The notes beneath the pieces are model-generated. The model searched no databases. It saw only the letters and a program-made list of their open reading frames with translations, and had not been told where the DNA came from. This document shows, in pieces, positions 26,004 to 40,990 of a stretch of 64,000 nucleotides of DNA. Position 1 is the stretch's first letter, and the number at the start of each line of letters is the position of its first letter. Source of the stretch: Octopus bimaculoides (Eukaryota); assembly GCF_001194135.2 (NCBI RefSeq), contig NC_068982.1, positions 41,308,717 through 41,372,716 of the forward strand, written 5' to 3'. Made by a program: the position numbers and the translations under genes.

Positions 26004-29000
26004 ATGCGTGTGGCCAAGAAAATCTCTATTGTGAATAAAAATTGATATGTTAATTAGATGAAGAGTTCACAAATTTATCACATAAATCTCGTTTGAGAAA
26101 AATATTACAGGCTGAAAGGTAGCCCCTCAAAACATTTTCTCCAAACAAAATAGCAAATTTTCAGACAGACAATACCAAATTTTCAGACCAAAATAGGTAA
26201 GTCAACTTATACACCAAGAGGATTTTGGAGGACCAAAATTTCTATGTGAAATTCAATACAATCAGGAAAGATAGTGACAATGTTTGAATGCTTTCATTAT
26301 ATACCATGTTTTATTTTCCCTTTTATCTTTTGTTTCAATAATTAGGCTGCAGCGATGCTGGAGCACTGCCTTGAATGATTTTCAGTCAAATATATCAATC
26401 CTAGTACTTATTTTTTTAAAGCCTGGTACTTATTCTATTGGTCTTTTGCTGAACCGCTAAGTTATGGGAATGTAAACATATCAACAACAGTTTTCAAGCA
26501 ATGGTAGGGTAGGACAAACACAAAGACAGAAACACACACACACATATACATATAAGACAGGCTTCTCTCAGTTTCTGTCTACCAAATCCACTCACTAGGC
26601 TTTGGTCAGCTTGAGGCTATAGAAGAAGACACTTGCTCAAGTTGCCACACAGTGGGATTGAATCCTGAGCCATGTGGTTGGGAAGCACGTTTCTTACCAC
26701 ATCTTTCCTGTGCTAGCATCCTATAACATTGAATGAAATGTTGAATCTTCATTGAAGGCTTTGTCATAACATAATGTGCCAAAGGTAAATTAGTCTGACA
26801 ACCTGGTACTTATTCTAAGAATTTCTTTTTGCCAAACTACTAAAAAAAATGTAAAGAAACCAACAACAGTCATCAAGCAGCAAAGGGACAAACAGAAAGA
26901 TGCACACACATACATACATACATGATGATTTTCAACTCAATTTCTATCAATCAAATTCATTTACTAGGCATTGGTTGGCCTGGGGCTCTAAGAGAACTGC
27001 ATTTGCCCAAGATGCAGCACAGTGAGGACTGAACCTGAAACTACGAGGCTGCAAAGTGAACTTCTTAACCACACAACCATGTTAGCACCAACACAGAAAA
27101 TACTGGTTGATATTTTTGGATAAAATTCAGGTGAGTAGCGAGTGTACTTTGTGATAGTAACATGCTTAAAACTATGGACTTTGAATTAGTTTGTTTTCAC
27201 TGTGCTAATTACTACACAAGAGATAAAAGCCTGGGCTGTATAAGCCCTAAACAAACTAAAAACAAAAAGTTTGCAATACCAAAAGGTTTGTTCACTGCAT
27301 ATCAAGCCTCAATCAGTGATGAAAATATGTTTACTGGTTACTAAAATATAACTTGGAATATATTTGGTGGTTACTATCAATATAATATTTCAGTTTTGTC
27401 AAGAAGCATATAGCATAAATAAATTCTTATGCTGAAACAATGGTATAATGTTCTTAAACTGATACATTTGTAAGGAAGGGGAATAGTTAAATGAATTAGT
27501 CTCAAAATATGTTTGGTACTTATTTTATCAATCTTGAATCCGAACTGGGTGACTTGCCTGGAACAATAAACCATATTGGTGTTTTTGCTAAGCTGAAGTA
27601 TCTCATCTGTGCACACCGCCATGACTACAGATGATAGCAGTAGTTCACTAACTGAACTGGTTGATCCAGGCAATAGACAGTTCATTGTCTGTTCACCTGC
27701 CCAGCATCTAGTGATATTCACCATTGATTCTAATAAGTTCATTTGCTAAAATAGTTCGCATCCATCATGCTGCATCCCATGATTTCAGTGTACTCTGGCT
27801 TCCTATTTATCCATAGCTGGGATCATGACAGGTGCTATCAAATCAGAGCAGGCCTGGGAGCAATAGTGGAGTGGCTAAGAGGTAGTTCCACACTTTTCAA
27901 AACCCAAGAAGTCCTGAACTGATGATCCACTATTAGATGCAGTTTAAAGTCATACCCAGGACACTATCAACTTCAAACAGACAAAAAGTATCAACACTGT
28001 TTATTCTACTACCTTCATATAACATAAATATAAACAAAAAAACAAACCACTGTTGACAATAACTACAATTACGTTTTTTCAAAATGTTTGTATAACCAGA
28101 AGGTGAGATGCCTAGGAATTATGACAGATTTATTTTGTTTTTTAGATAAATCATAAATTACTTGTTTTTTAACTGCACACAAACATGTTCCTAAGTTCGT
28201 TTTTTTAACACCTTTTTATAGTTAAAACAGTACTAGAGAAGTTGAGAAGTCACAATTTCAAGGCAAGGTACATTACTCTGCCAACCTCAATAACTAGCTA
28301 AAACATCCTGTTATGATCAAGTGGGTTAGCAGTTACACAAAGAATCAAATGTGAAAACATTTACTTCAACAAAATGCAAACATATGAAAAACAATCTCAC
28401 TCACCATTACCTTGCAAAATACGAATAAAAAGACTTTTAAAAATTGATAACTAATTCATATATATGGCCTTCTCTGAAATATTAGTTCCTTGTGTGACTA
28501 AGAACACAAAATTTTAATGAACTTGTTGATTTTAAACCACCTTTAATTAAACCAATTTAAGGGATCTCCCTACCAACTTTCCATCCCTCATTGCACCCTA
28601 CATTATTGGATTTGATGGTAAATAAGATATCCTTTTTTTCCCAAGAAAATATCTCCAAACAGAATCACCCTGTGTTCTATGCTTTAATGCATTAAAAACT
28701 TTTTTCCCTGAACATGTGCTACTGAAATTAGGGCGTGTTTAATATGTCCATGCATCTTTTATAATATCAAATATGGTAACTGCTGTACTGAATTCTTCAT
28801 AAATACTCCTTCTCATTCAAATTTAACCTCTAACTTTAATCTGCATCAATTCAAAAAACATTAATCATACTGAGATTCGCTTCTCATATCATTATCTCTC
28901 CATCTAGGAGAGACTAAAAATGAAGGGGTTTTGAGGATACCACCCATTTTTTTCATACCAATGAAAAAAAAAAAAACTTGAAAAACATTATTGAAATTGA

Positions 29001-29579
29001 AATTACTATATTGTGGAAGACCCACATAATAACGCATAAAGCTGTTAAATTCACTCCAAATTTTAATTTATTTCACAAGGCCCAGGTATGGCTACATGGT
29101 AAAAAGTTTTGCATCCCAACCACATGGTTTCAGGTTCAGTCCCACTGTGTGGTGCCTTTGGCAAGTAGCTTCTATTATAGCCCCAAACTAACCAAAGCCT
29201 TACTAATGGATTTGGTAGACAGAAACTGAAAAGAAGCCCATCAAATATGTATGTGCGCATGCATGTTACTGTCTCCTTGACTTGACAGCACAATTATATT
29301 CCTTTCCATATTTTGAATAAAATATACCTTACCTCCCTTGGAAACAGGAAAGAGGCATCTAACCATAGAAAACATGCCTCAACAAATTCCACCTAGCCTA
29401 CACAAGCATGTGAAGGTGGACATTTAAACAATGAAGGTGTCAAAATTTTCATTGCACAATACCTTGATCTGTGTCAGTGACCAAGTTGAAGTTTTATGAC
29501 AAAAATTTAAGCCTCATGAAATAAATTCATATTTATAGTGAATTCAACATCTTTGAGTATTATTATTACATGGCTTTAA

Positions 29580-29799
29580 GGCGGTGAGCTGGTAGAAACA
29601 TTAGCACACCAGGCAAAATGCTTAGCGGTATTTCGTCTGTCTTTACGTTCTGAGTTCAACCGCTGAGGTCGACTTTGCCTTTCATCATTTCAGGGTCGAT
29701 AAATTAAGTACCAGTTGCATACTGAGGTCGATGTAATCGACTGGCCCCCTCCCCGCCAAATTTTGGGCCTTGTGCCTAAAGTAGAAAAGATTATTACTG
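29580..29799 (+). mobile_element. tRNA-derived SINE family B (tail type B1)
   Basis: ggcggtgagctggtagaaac head, gttctgagttcaa box and central gtcgactttgcctttcatc...gtcgataaattaagtaccag domain (resembles Meta/MESC-type SINE domains, unverified). Other copies at about 10790, 24930, 30900, 36860, 50335 and 60360. Confidence 0.8.
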
Positions 29800-30021
29800 G
29801 TTTTTCGACAGGTATACCTCATTTACAACAGTAATTGGTTCTAAGACATGTGACTTTACTCAAAAATGATATATCATGGGAAAACATTTAAAAAAATTTA
29901 TTAGCTCATATCTGTTTAATAAATGGTTTGTATATATCCTCACATGTATTTTATTTCATTTTCTACTTTAGTATTGGTAATTAGGTGTCTTTTTAAATTT
30001 TATTTTAAATATGTTCACTGA

Positions 30022-30424
30022 GACGCAAGAGTGGCTGTGTGGTAAGTAGCTTGCGTACCAACCACATGGTTCCGGGTTCAGTCCCACTGCATGGCACCTT
30101 GGGCAAGTGTCTTCTACTATAGCCTCGGGCCGACCAAAGCCTTGTGAGTGGATTTGGTAGACGGAAACTGAAAGAAGCCCGTCGTATATATGTATATGTA
30201 TATATGTGTGTGTTTGTGTGTCTGTGTTTGTCCCTCCAACATCGCTTGACAACCGATGGTGGTGTGTTTACGTCCCCATAACTTAGCGGTTCGGCAAAAG
30301 AGACCGATAGAATAAGTACTAGTCTTACAAAGAATAAGTCCCGGGGTCGATTTGCTCGACTAAAGGTGGTACTCCAGCATGGCCGCAGTCAAATGACTGA
30401 AACAAATAAAAGAGTAAAAGAGAG
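30022..30424 (+). mobile_element. SINE family A1 reference full-length copy (probably related to octopus OR/CORE-type SINEs)
   Basis: A-box-like tggctgtgtgg, B-box-like ggttcagtccc, CORE-like caccttgggcaagtgtctt, internal (TA)/(TG) microsatellite and (gtaaaaga)-type tail. Many copies occur on both strands across the window. Confidence 0.9.
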
Positions 30425-32472
30425 ACCAACATAAAGTCAGATAATTCAGCTGAAGTTGGTTTATTTTCCCCACTAATTTCTTAAAATAAGACAAAGTCAA
30501 AAAAAGACCTAACTCAAAATGACATAAGTTGAGGTATGGCTGAAGATTTAATAAAATTGTAATTGCTATACTGAATTCAGTCAGGTATTAAATACACATT
30601 GAAATAAGACATCTGATGGCAATCAGAAATCAAATGCAGTATGGTGTGAATATCAAATATTCTTTTCATTTCCAAAGTCATAATCTTATTTAAAATATCT
30701 CAGACATTTAATTAATTAGCTTGGTTTTTTTTTTTTAAACACTGTAATAAATCTTACTTTACAACAGATAATAATTGGTTACTGTAAATGAAATTACAAT
30801 ACAATTCTACCAGCTGTGAGGTCAGGACTCTTGCTAGGTTGTTAGTGTTGGAGTCAATTAAAATTATCCTCATCATTCACTTTTCGATGCTTTCTTAAAG
30901 CAAAGTTGACCCTGGCGGAATTTGAACTCAGAACATAAAGATGGATGAAATGCCACTAAACATTTCACCTGGTGTGCTAACAACTCTGCCAGCTCACCAC
31001 CTTAATGCACTGCACAACAATGCCAGTACAAACTAGAAAATGTAGGATCAAGTGATGATATGCTGTACTGCAGCTCTGTTCTCGTAGCAGCATGTTAAAA
31101 TGGGTATTAAAACAATAATCATGATATTTATGACAATCATCATTAACTTCATTGCTGTTTTAATGTCCATTTATCCCTGGTTGCATGGGTCAGACAGAGT
31201 TTTGTTGAAGCAGATTTTCTAGGGTTGGATGCCCTTCCTGTTGCCAACCATCACCTGTTTCCGAGTGAGGTAGTATTTCCCCAAGAACAGACATGTTTTC
31301 ATGGAAGATTAGAAACGAACGACACCATTTGCACGACAGCAATACACATTTACAACTATCACATGATATTAAGAGGTAAGGAGACAGTAACACACATACA
31401 CACACACAATAGGCTTCTTTCAGTTTCCATCTACCAAGTCCACTTACAAGGCTTTGGTCGGCTCAGGGCTATAGAAGACACTTGACCAGCGTGCTGAACC
31501 CAAGACCAAATGATGGGAAGTAAGCTTCTTAACAACACAGCCATGTCTGTGCCTACGACAGTTATGTATAAACACACACACACACATATACAAGCAGAGA
31601 GCAGTATAGAGACACTGATAGCCAAGTAGTAAATGTGCATACATGAAGTAGTTATTTTATACCCACTGGTTGCTTGCTACAAAGTATTAAATTACAAGAA
31701 ACATATCTTTATTTATACTCCGAATGAAGTCTTTTTCTGTTAGACTTTCAACTACTTAACTAATCTTAATATATAAAAAAAATGTATGTATGTATGAATC
31801 TTTGTATGTATGCTTCAAGTTACAGGCACTGTTATGTACCAAGACAACCAAAATTTTGCATAGCGGCACCTCTTTCAAAGAGCAAGGTCACAAGTCATAG
31901 TTTTTTGTGTTTGTTTTTGGTCGGGGCTGATATTTTCTATAAAAGTAAATAAATATTCTCAGACTGAAGATTGTTAACATCGTTTTTTAAAACTATTTAG
32001 CCAAAACAATGAATTTGTGTGACTGCATGTATTTTAGTATTAATAAACCTGCACAAGGCCAGGTACTGCTGCTAGTATTATATGAACCTAAGACAGCCCT
32101 GAGCTGCAAAATTAAATTTCATGATTATTCTAGCCATGATGTTAAATATCTACTAAAAAATAGAACTGGTATTTTCTCAATAAATTTGACATAAAATAGT
32201 TTTAAACACGACATTCCTCAACAAAAGATAGACAGGTACATAAAACTGCTTTCTGCAGTAAAGGGGTTAATACCACTCCACTTTTTTTTTTTTAGATGAG
32301 TTTTCGTCATTCAAGAAATTCTTACTTGAATAAAGTTCTGTCATATATAGTAAAAGAAAATATTCTAGCTGCGTTTAATCCAATAATCATATATTTGAAT
32401 TTTTTAAATGTGCCAAAATGGATGCAAAGTGGTTAAATGCAGTAGAGCAGTTAAAAGGAGATATCCAACTTA

Positions 32473-32479
32473 GATATTG

Positions 32480-32567
<88 letters not shown>
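32473..32567. repeat. (CA)n microsatellite
   Basis: Perfect CA run of about 95 bp; a similar (TG)n lies at about 25952-26002. Confidence 0.98.
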
Positions 32568-32577
<10 letters not shown>

Positions 32578-32940
32578 CATACACCAAAGAATGACCTCAG
32601 GACACTGAACCTTTCAAGCAAGATGACAAAGAACTGAGATGCCTGGTACCTTGCTGTACTCAAGAAGACCCATAGTCTGCAGCAGATATGTTAAGACCAG
32701 TCCCTCTGGTGTTGCAAAGCACTCATGATGGTACCACGTAAAGTGCCTGTGCAGTGCCATGTAAAAGCACCTGTTCGGTGCCACATAAGTGCCTGTGCAC
32801 ACTCTGTTGGCATTAGGAAGGGCATCCAGCCATAGAAATCAAGTCAGATTAGACTGTAGTCTGGTGCAGCTCCCCAGCTCTTGTCAAACTGTCCAACCCA
32901 TGCCAGCATGGACAACAGATGTTAAATGATGATAATGATG

Positions 32941-32971
<31 letters not shown>

Positions 32972-34604
32972 NNNNNNNNNNNNNNNNNNNNNNNNNNNNN
33001 NNNNNNNNNNNNNNNNNNNNNNNNNNNNNNNNNNNNNNNNNNNNNNNNNNNNNNNNNNNNNNNNNNNNNNNNNNNNNNNNNNNNNNNNNNNNNNNNNNNN
33101 NNNNNNNNNNNNNNNNNNNNNNNNNNNNNNNNNNNNNNNNNNNNNNNNNNNNNNNNNNNNNNNNNNNNNNNNNNNNNNNNNNNNNNNNNNNNNNNNNNNN
33201 NNNNNNNNNNNNNNNNNNNNNNNNNNNNNNNNNNNNNNNNNNNNNNNNNNNNNNNNNNNNNNNNNNNNNNNNNNNNNNNNNNNNNNNNNNNNNNNNNNNN
33301 NNNNNNNNNNNNNNNNNNNNNNNNNNNNNNNNNNNNNNNNNNNNNNNNNNNNNNNNNNNNNNNNNNNNNNNNNNNNNNNNNNNNNNNNNNNNNNNNNNNN
33401 NNNNNNNNNNNNNNNNNNNNNNNNNNNNNNNNNNNNNNNNNNNNNNNNNNNNNNNNNNNNNNNNNNNNNNNNNNNNNNNNNNNNNNNNNNNNNNNNNNNN
33501 NNNNNNNNNNNNNNNNNNNNNNNNNNNNNNNNNNNNNNNNNNNNNNNNNNNNNNNNNNNNNNNNNNNNNNNNNNNNNNNNNNNNNNNNNNNNNNNNNNNN
33601 NNNNNNNNNNNNNNNNNNNNNNNNNNNNNNNNNNNNNNNNNNNNNNNNNNNNNNNNNNNNNNNNNNNNNNNNNNNNNNNNNNNNNNNNNNNNNNNNNNNN
33701 NNNNNNNNNNNNNNNNNNNNNNNNNNNNNNNNNNNNNNNNNNNNNNNNNNNNNNNNNNNNNNNNNNNNNNNNNNNNNNNNNNNNNNNNNNNNNNNNNNNN
33801 NNNNNNNNNNNNNNNNNNNNNNNNNNNNNNNNNNNNNNNNNNNNNNNNNAATAGAAATAAGAACAAAAATAATAGTATTAGTAGTGGTAATAATGGTAGT
33901 AATGGTAATGATAGAAATAAAAATTAAAATAAAAAGACAAAAATATTGATATAAAAATAATAATAAAAATATAGATACAATGGTAGTATTTAGTTTTTAT
34001 TTATTTTTCATCATGGCTTACGTTGGATTTGAAACCTAATAGTTTTAGTTACCAAACCTGCCTGACTATTCTAAAGGGTATACTAAAAAATAGATTTTTT
34101 TTTTGTTTTTTTTTTTTTGGTCTAGTCCATATTATTTATTTAAGCTTGCTCTCATAATTATAATTTTTTGACTGGTGACTTTGTTGATGTCTGTGTGTCT
34201 TTTTTACCCTGTAGAAAGGGTTATCACTAATTTGTGCTCTATTATACATTAAATACGGTGATATACCCCAGAAATGGCCATAGGTGTTCTGTGTTTGTGT
34301 TCCACCTATACTTGTAATCCACTGTAAATGATGTTTATGGTTTGACTTTACTGATGTTACCTGCGGAATGGTGAAACTTGGATTTTACTTTGCCACACAC
34401 TGGATGTTCTGTTGTTGTTTTGTCCTGTGCACTTCGGTATTCCTGTTTATGAAATTGGATTTTACCCACTAAATTTGCTGTCATGAGGGAGGTAGTTGAA
34501 CTTTCGTACTATTTATCTTGAACTTCTTTTGTTGGCTATTGGCCTCAGCAAATGAACTGTTGTGCTACATTTCCCTATGTATTATTTTTTTTCTCTATAC
34601 TTTC

Positions 34605-34635
<31 letters not shown>

Positions 34636-34953
34636 TCTACTGTATTTGTACCGGTCTTTAATATTTTAATCAACTTTTTAATCGTAGTTTATTTATTTAT
34701 GTTATTCGATTGTATTTTTAATCGATTTTTATTCTTATGTATAAAAATTTTAACTTCCCTTTACTAATTTGGCTTTGTGGTCTATGTTGTACTTCTTATA
34801 TGTGGTCATTGGTGGGCTACGGGTTTTTGAGTCGATGACCTAACGGTTTTATTCTGCAATTAACTTTGTACCCATGTCTCAACTAGTTTGAGCACTTCTT
34901 TTACAGCCTTGTATAAATTCTTGGTTTTCTAATACAAAACCGTTAATATTGAA

Positions 34954-35039
<86 letters not shown>

Positions 35040-35204
35040 TACATACATACAAAAACGTGTGTGTGTGTATGTCAATGAGGGAACCTTCCTACAGTCATAC
35101 ATCCAGCTAAAAATAGCAGCTAGATCTTCTTCATCCACATTTTTTGCCACTTTCAGTCACAACTGTCCACGAGTTATTCCTGTTGCATATTTTACGTTTT
35201 GTTT

Positions 35205-35520
35205 TTGTTGGAGTTTGACAGTCTTTGTTGCAGAGGTCACATCTATGTGTGGTCATTGCTGCACTCACACTTCTATGCTCTTTTATGCAGCAGCAACCAT
35301 CAGCAGCTCTTTTTCTCCTGTCTTGAGGTACCAGTTCAGGATATTCTATCCCACTTGGCCATCTGCAAGGCCCTCCAAAGACCCTATATTGATATCACAG
35401 GTTTTTGTGTACCTTATGCAGACATGCTTGTAGCACACCTGTGGGGATGGCTAATGAATCTCTTAGGGGACATTCTTTGCAATGTAGCTAAAATTCATGC
35501 CTAGGCAACCAGTAAAGTCC
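35205..35520 (-). mobile_element. Second RTE family (BovB/RTE-1-like) C-terminal remnant
   Basis: Minus strand fragments EGLADG, LNWYLKTGEKELLMVAAA and HRCDLCNKDCQT resemble the RTE-BovB end (LKTGEEKL...HRCDLCNRDCHS). Confidence 0.65.
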
Positions 35521-35609
35521 TTGCTGCCTGAGTAGAATATACATACTAAGTCCAACATGGAAGAGAAGCACTTCATTGGTCTTCCCATGTGCAAATACAC
35601 ACATACAGA

Positions 35610-36058
35610 CGCAGACATGGATGTGTGGTTAAGAAGTTTGCCTCCCAACCACAAGATTTCGAATTCAGTCCCACTGTTTAGCACCTTGAGTAAATGTCTT
35701 CAACTATAGTCCCAGGCTCACCAAAGCCCTGTGAGTAGATGTGGTAAATGGAAACTGAAAGAAGCTGTTGTATGCATATATATATATATATATATGTATG
35801 CATGTATATGTATGTCTGTGTCTCTTTGCCTTGAACATCAGGTGATAGTTGTAAACAAATCACCCTATCATACAAATGATGTTTGTTTCTAGTCTTCTAT
35901 GAAAAACATGTCTGGCCTTGGAGAAACACTACCTTGCTTGAAAACAGGTGAGGATTGGAAACAGAAAGGACACCACCTGCAGAAAATCTGCCTCAATAAA
36001 TTTCGTCTGATCTATGCAAGCCTGGGAAAATGGACTTTAATACAATGATGATGATTAT
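35610..36058 (+). mobile_element. SINE family A2 (A-type head with RTE-type tail)
   Basis: Same head as A1, but the 3' module ends gcctgggaaaatggactttaatacaatgatgatgat. Similar copies at about 7880-8210, 31135-31560, 62870-63300 and 63480-63875. Confidence 0.75.
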
Positions 36059-37899
36059 AATGAAATACTCAATGACACACACATTTAAATAAATATACAT
36101 GTGTTTATATTTATATACACATAAATATTCATTTTTCTTCTCCTAGAATTATATCTTAGCAAAGGTAGTGTTATACTGATGATTACTCCAAGATCAACTG
36201 CAACACAGTTGAGGGAACTTTTTCTTTTTTTGCTATTTTCCTGTCTTGCAAGTTACTTGGTGACCTTACTAGTACCAGTGCTATGAAAAAATACACCCAG
36301 CACACATTGTAATGTAGTTGGTGCTAAGAAAGGCATTCAACAATAGAAACCATGCCAAGGCTGACATTGGAGACTTGATGCAGTTATGTGGCCTGTGAGA
36401 TCCTGTCTAACCAACCTACCCATACCAGCATGGAAAATGGACATTAAATGAAGATGATGAATTTACTTTCTGGGTGAGAGCAGTAATCAAACCATAAAGT
36501 AACACTAGACTCACTCTGATGCTAGTTTATCATTGGATTACTATCACAGATACTACGTTGTGACCCAATCTAAAATTTTTCATTTTTATTGACCTGCTTT
36601 ATTTAGCTGTAAATAGGTACCAGGATGAAGTACATTTAACAAATGTAAGCAACAGAGACATAATATCAATGATGGACTACTACGTTAGCTTGCAATGCTG
36701 ACCTTATTATATTCTCCTATAGGACTGCAAAGGACAACAGAAAATCACTCTAAGGTAACTTGCCGGGAAAAATCAATTACAACTTAGTTATTTCTTGCAA
36801 GCTCATTTTTCATGCTTCTTTCTTGCATTTTGCTTTGTAATATTATTAGATGATATAAGGCAGCAAAGCTAACAGAACCGTTAGCACACCAGCAAAATGT
36901 TTAGTGGCATTTCATCTATCTTATGTTCTGAATTCAAATTCCACTGAGGTCGACTTTTCATGGCCAATAAAATAAGTACCAGTTAAACACAGGGGGTGGG
37001 GTCAATGTAATCAAAAGCTTTCAATGCTATCCAATTTGCAACAGGAAATAACTGCTCCCTGAAATGCATCAGTTGGTGCTCAGGCTGTACATATGAAAAT
37101 GAAAATTGTGGAGAAAACTTATGTTCTGTATGGTATCAAAACTTCTAACTCATACAGTAACAACAGAAGTATAACTGACTCGTACATACCCGTCTTTGTG
37201 TTTGGTATCATATCATGTTTATAGCACAAACGATGAATGCCTACCAAAGGTTAATCTAGTGTTATTTATAAACACCATCTCATAAACAGTATTAGTTCTG
37301 TAAGGTAGGAAAGGCCCAGGTTGGTATTGGCAAAGCAATTCAGTCATCTAAAAGCTGACAGTAAGGCCTAAGAAATTAGGCCTCAATGTGTTTTCCATAC
37401 AACCATGGATTGGACAGTTTGACAGAAGCTATAAGCCAGAGAATTGCACCAAACTCTGTCTTTGGCATGGTTTCTGGCTGGATGTCCTTCCTAACATCAA
37501 CCACTTTACAGAGTGTAACTGGGTGCTTTTTACATGACGTCAGCAACAGTGAAATTAACAGGTAACTTGCAAGGCAAAACCACTCAACTGCAAAGGGAGT
37601 AATATTGAGGAAGATGACTTTGTACCACACACACACACAAAATCAAACAGTACCAGTAAGTTTGTATCATTGTACTACTGTGTTGTAATAACTTTCTGGT
37701 TGACTATCTTGTTATCAAGCTTGCATTGACAGGGAGACCCCCCCCCTAAGTGGACAAGTACAATAACATTTCTGTTTGGAATCACTGAGTTTCAAGATCA
37801 CTATTCTGCAGGAATCATTGGAAAATAGTATCAAAAGACTTTTTAAATAAGCAATCACCATATTATATATATGTCTTTTGTCTGTTCCCTTGATTTTCC

Positions 37900-38900
37900 T
37901 GATCTAAAACAGAATAGGCATCATGTACTCAGTTCTATGTAGGCTCTTTAGTCTCTGCTACAAGTAGAATTGATTGTTTAGACTTTAAGTTGTAATAGAA
38001 CCTGCTCATATCATCAGTGTTAACAGCCTTTTATTGCCCATTAGCCTGCATCATTCGTAAAGATATTTCTATGTTGAAATCTTTGTAGCCTCAAGATGCT
38101 AAATTTGAATGGGAAATTCCCCCTGTGTATATTGAACACAATCTGGAACTTGTAAGGTCATAGCAGTTGAATCAATTTTGATGGCTGTATGCACTGAAAC
38201 GCAGCAGTCTTAAGAACATGTAAACAATTCATCTCCTATGTATATTTAGCATCATCTTTGATATGGATCTGTGACAGCTGTTTCTTGTACTTAGAAAGTT
38301 CACAGTAAGCTTGATGCATATTATGTACTAACTTCTATGGAATGATGACGTATTGGAGCTCTGTCTTTGTACAGAGCCTCAGAGCTAATCTGTTCACAAG
38401 CCTATTGTGTATACAGGTATGGTAACACCGACTTCAAACTTCAATATTATCAAGCATAAGCCACTCTTTGTGTTTCAGGTGTTTCCAAAACTTTTTTTTT
38501 CTGAATGATATAATCAGAAGAAAATCAATGTATAAAACCTTTCCACAGAGGTTCTGGCAGTGGGAGGCAAAGAAGCCAGGACTCAGGGGTTGCAATGTAA
38601 CTCAAAACTAATTTATCCTCAGACCAGTAATCTAGCCCGAATACTTGCAATAGAATACATTCTATTAAAGGCATCTAAGAGCCAGATGGTGGCCTTAAAA
38701 CAGAAAATGGATCAGGTTTCTCCCTGACAAGACCTAGTATTGATAGTGATGAGGTTGGGCTCACTGCAGAAACAGAAAACAGGAACAACCTTAATGTTCT
38801 TGCACTTCCAGCCATGCCAGCATTCTAGGACATTAATCACATCCAATCCTGAAGTTGAAGTTAGCAGTAAAATTTTATCCAGTACTACATCTCATTTCTT
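37900..38900 (-). mobile_element. Possible highly decayed LINE ORF2 remnant
   Basis: Non-SINE, moderately GC-rich kilobase with stop-riddled fragments such as ELSKYKKQLSQIHIKDDAK...CLHVLK, loosely like the C-terminal Cys/His region of I/R1-group LINEs. Weak evidence. Confidence 0.25.
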
Positions 38901-40551
38901 AGAGAAGTAAAGATATTTTGGACTAAACATAGCCTAAACTTTTCTGCTTATATTTCTGGAATTGGTAACCAAACTTTCTAAAAGAATTTCAAACATTACC
39001 TGAATCCAACAGTCTTATTCTAAGAGGAGTGATGTGATTATAGGTAGCATTTCCCCCGCTTAATTTTATTTTCTAAACTCCACATTATTGCATATGACTG
39101 ATTTCTTACATAGGCACAAGACCCCTAAGTATTTAACTGGTACTTGACGGTAACGACCTCAAAAGGGGGAAAGGCGAAGTTGACTATGGTACAAATTATT
39201 AAAAAGTATTATTACAATATGTGGAGACAAGGTAAATATAATGTAAAATACAGAAACTGGAACGGTGACAGTTACATTGTGAAAAATAAATTAAAAAACT
39301 CACAGCCACAATATACTGGAAAAATATTGTATAAACATACATAACACGTATGCATTTTTATAAATACGTAGACTGAAAGTAGTTTGTAGTGGATTCAAAT
39401 ATACCGTAATACTGGGACACGTATAGCCAGATAAAGCAAAAATATATACAATTAAAAACTTTTTCAGTCTTTCTTAAGAGGTGGAAAACTTTAGAGCTAA
39501 GTAAAATTGTTTAGTATGCAGCCGTATGTTATTTCAATATTGAATAACGTAAGATGTAGGTGAACAAAATCTACCACTCTTGTAATTTTAGCTAAAACGC
39601 CTAAAAAAAATCCCAAAGTTGATTACTCAAAGACTATATTTGATTACACCACATCAGAATTTAATAACACCTAAAAATTAAATGTAATTCTAATGCATTC
39701 AATTGCACGTAACGATTTGTCTCTTTTTTTTTTAAAAAAGAAAAAGATGTTAAAAAAATGTAACTGTATTTGTAGACTCAGGCGAATTGTCCACCCATTT
39801 TCGACACCCTTGATCACTTTACCTATATCACCTTGTCCTTGGAAGAAAAAAAACACGACACAACAAGCATTTTCTAGTCTTTCAGATAAGTATGGATGAC
39901 TAAACCTCACATGAAGTCAAACTAATTACCCATTAAGTGATTCTACCCCACTTGAATTAGGTGTACAAAATATCGATTTGCTAAATTGGTTAAATACTCC
40001 ACTACTTGACGGTGAATACTCCCTCTCAGGAAGTAAACAAAAAAGAAAATTATGATTGTGTACTTAGCTTTAATTAGCTTTCGTGTTTTTAATCGAACTT
40101 ATTTTTGCTAATTTGATCATTTACATTAGAATAAGATTCTTCAATCGGTTTCTAATTAGTATCAAATAGATTTCATTTTCCGTATGTATCACTAACGGGA
40201 CTAATCATGACACGTGTATGTATGTAGGTATGTGTCTAATTATTATTATTATTTTTCTAAAGACAAAACGAAGCAAATTATAAGAAATATAGTTCGATGG
40301 TTAGCACTAACCAACGATCTATATTATTTCTTATGACTTGTATTGTTTTTAGCTTAATAATAATAATAATAATAATAATAGTTTATTGCCATCAGGGCGA
40401 AGGATGCGCTGACAATACAAAACAGACATTAAGTGGGGGGGGGACATATAATGAAATGATAAAAAAAGAGAATATATACAGTATACAATGAAAAGGAAGG
40501 GAAATATACATAGTGTACAGAAGTTTAAAAAAAGTATATTATAATATTGTA

Positions 40552-40990
40552 GAAGAGGTAGACCCAGGAAGACGTGGGACGAACTAGTGAGAAAGGATCT
40601 TCAGACGTTGGGACTCACAGAGGAAATGACAAGGGACCGAGACAACTGGCGGTTTGCTGTGCTTGAGAAGACACATCAAGCTGAGTAAAACTGACGTGCG
40701 TACATACAGGAATGACCTCTACGTCCCTTTCAGCCGAGAGGTCCTTCCCTTGAGGGCTCGCGGGTGCTAGTGTCACATAAAAAAGGGACCGTGCTGGTGC
40801 CATGTAAAAAAAAAAAAAAAGCACCCAGTACACCCTGTGAAGTGGTTGGTGTTAAGAAGGGCATCTAGCCGTAGAAACCATGCCAAAATAGACAATATGA
40901 AGCTGGGGAGCTGCCAGCTGGTCAGCTCCTGTCAAACTGTCCAACCCATGCCAGCATGGAAAGTGGGTGTTAAATTATGATGATAATGAT
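40552..40990 (+). mobile_element. RTE LINE 3' end: ORF terminus, stop at 40686-40688, 3'UTR and (GAT)n tail
   Basis: RGRPRKTWDELVRKDLQTLGLTEEMTRDRDNWRFAVLEKTHQAE* is followed by the UTR found as many solo fragments in the window. Confidence 0.9.

Noticed and set aside
34230-34560. Possible second Penelope (GIY-YIG N-terminal SGVY-like) remnant on minus
   Set aside because: Only a 4-5 residue resemblance amid many stops; insufficient to call.
35059-35504. Two plus-strand ORFs of 101-124 aa that look like unique coding sequence
   Set aside because: They are the antisense of an RTE-BovB-like remnant on the minus strand.
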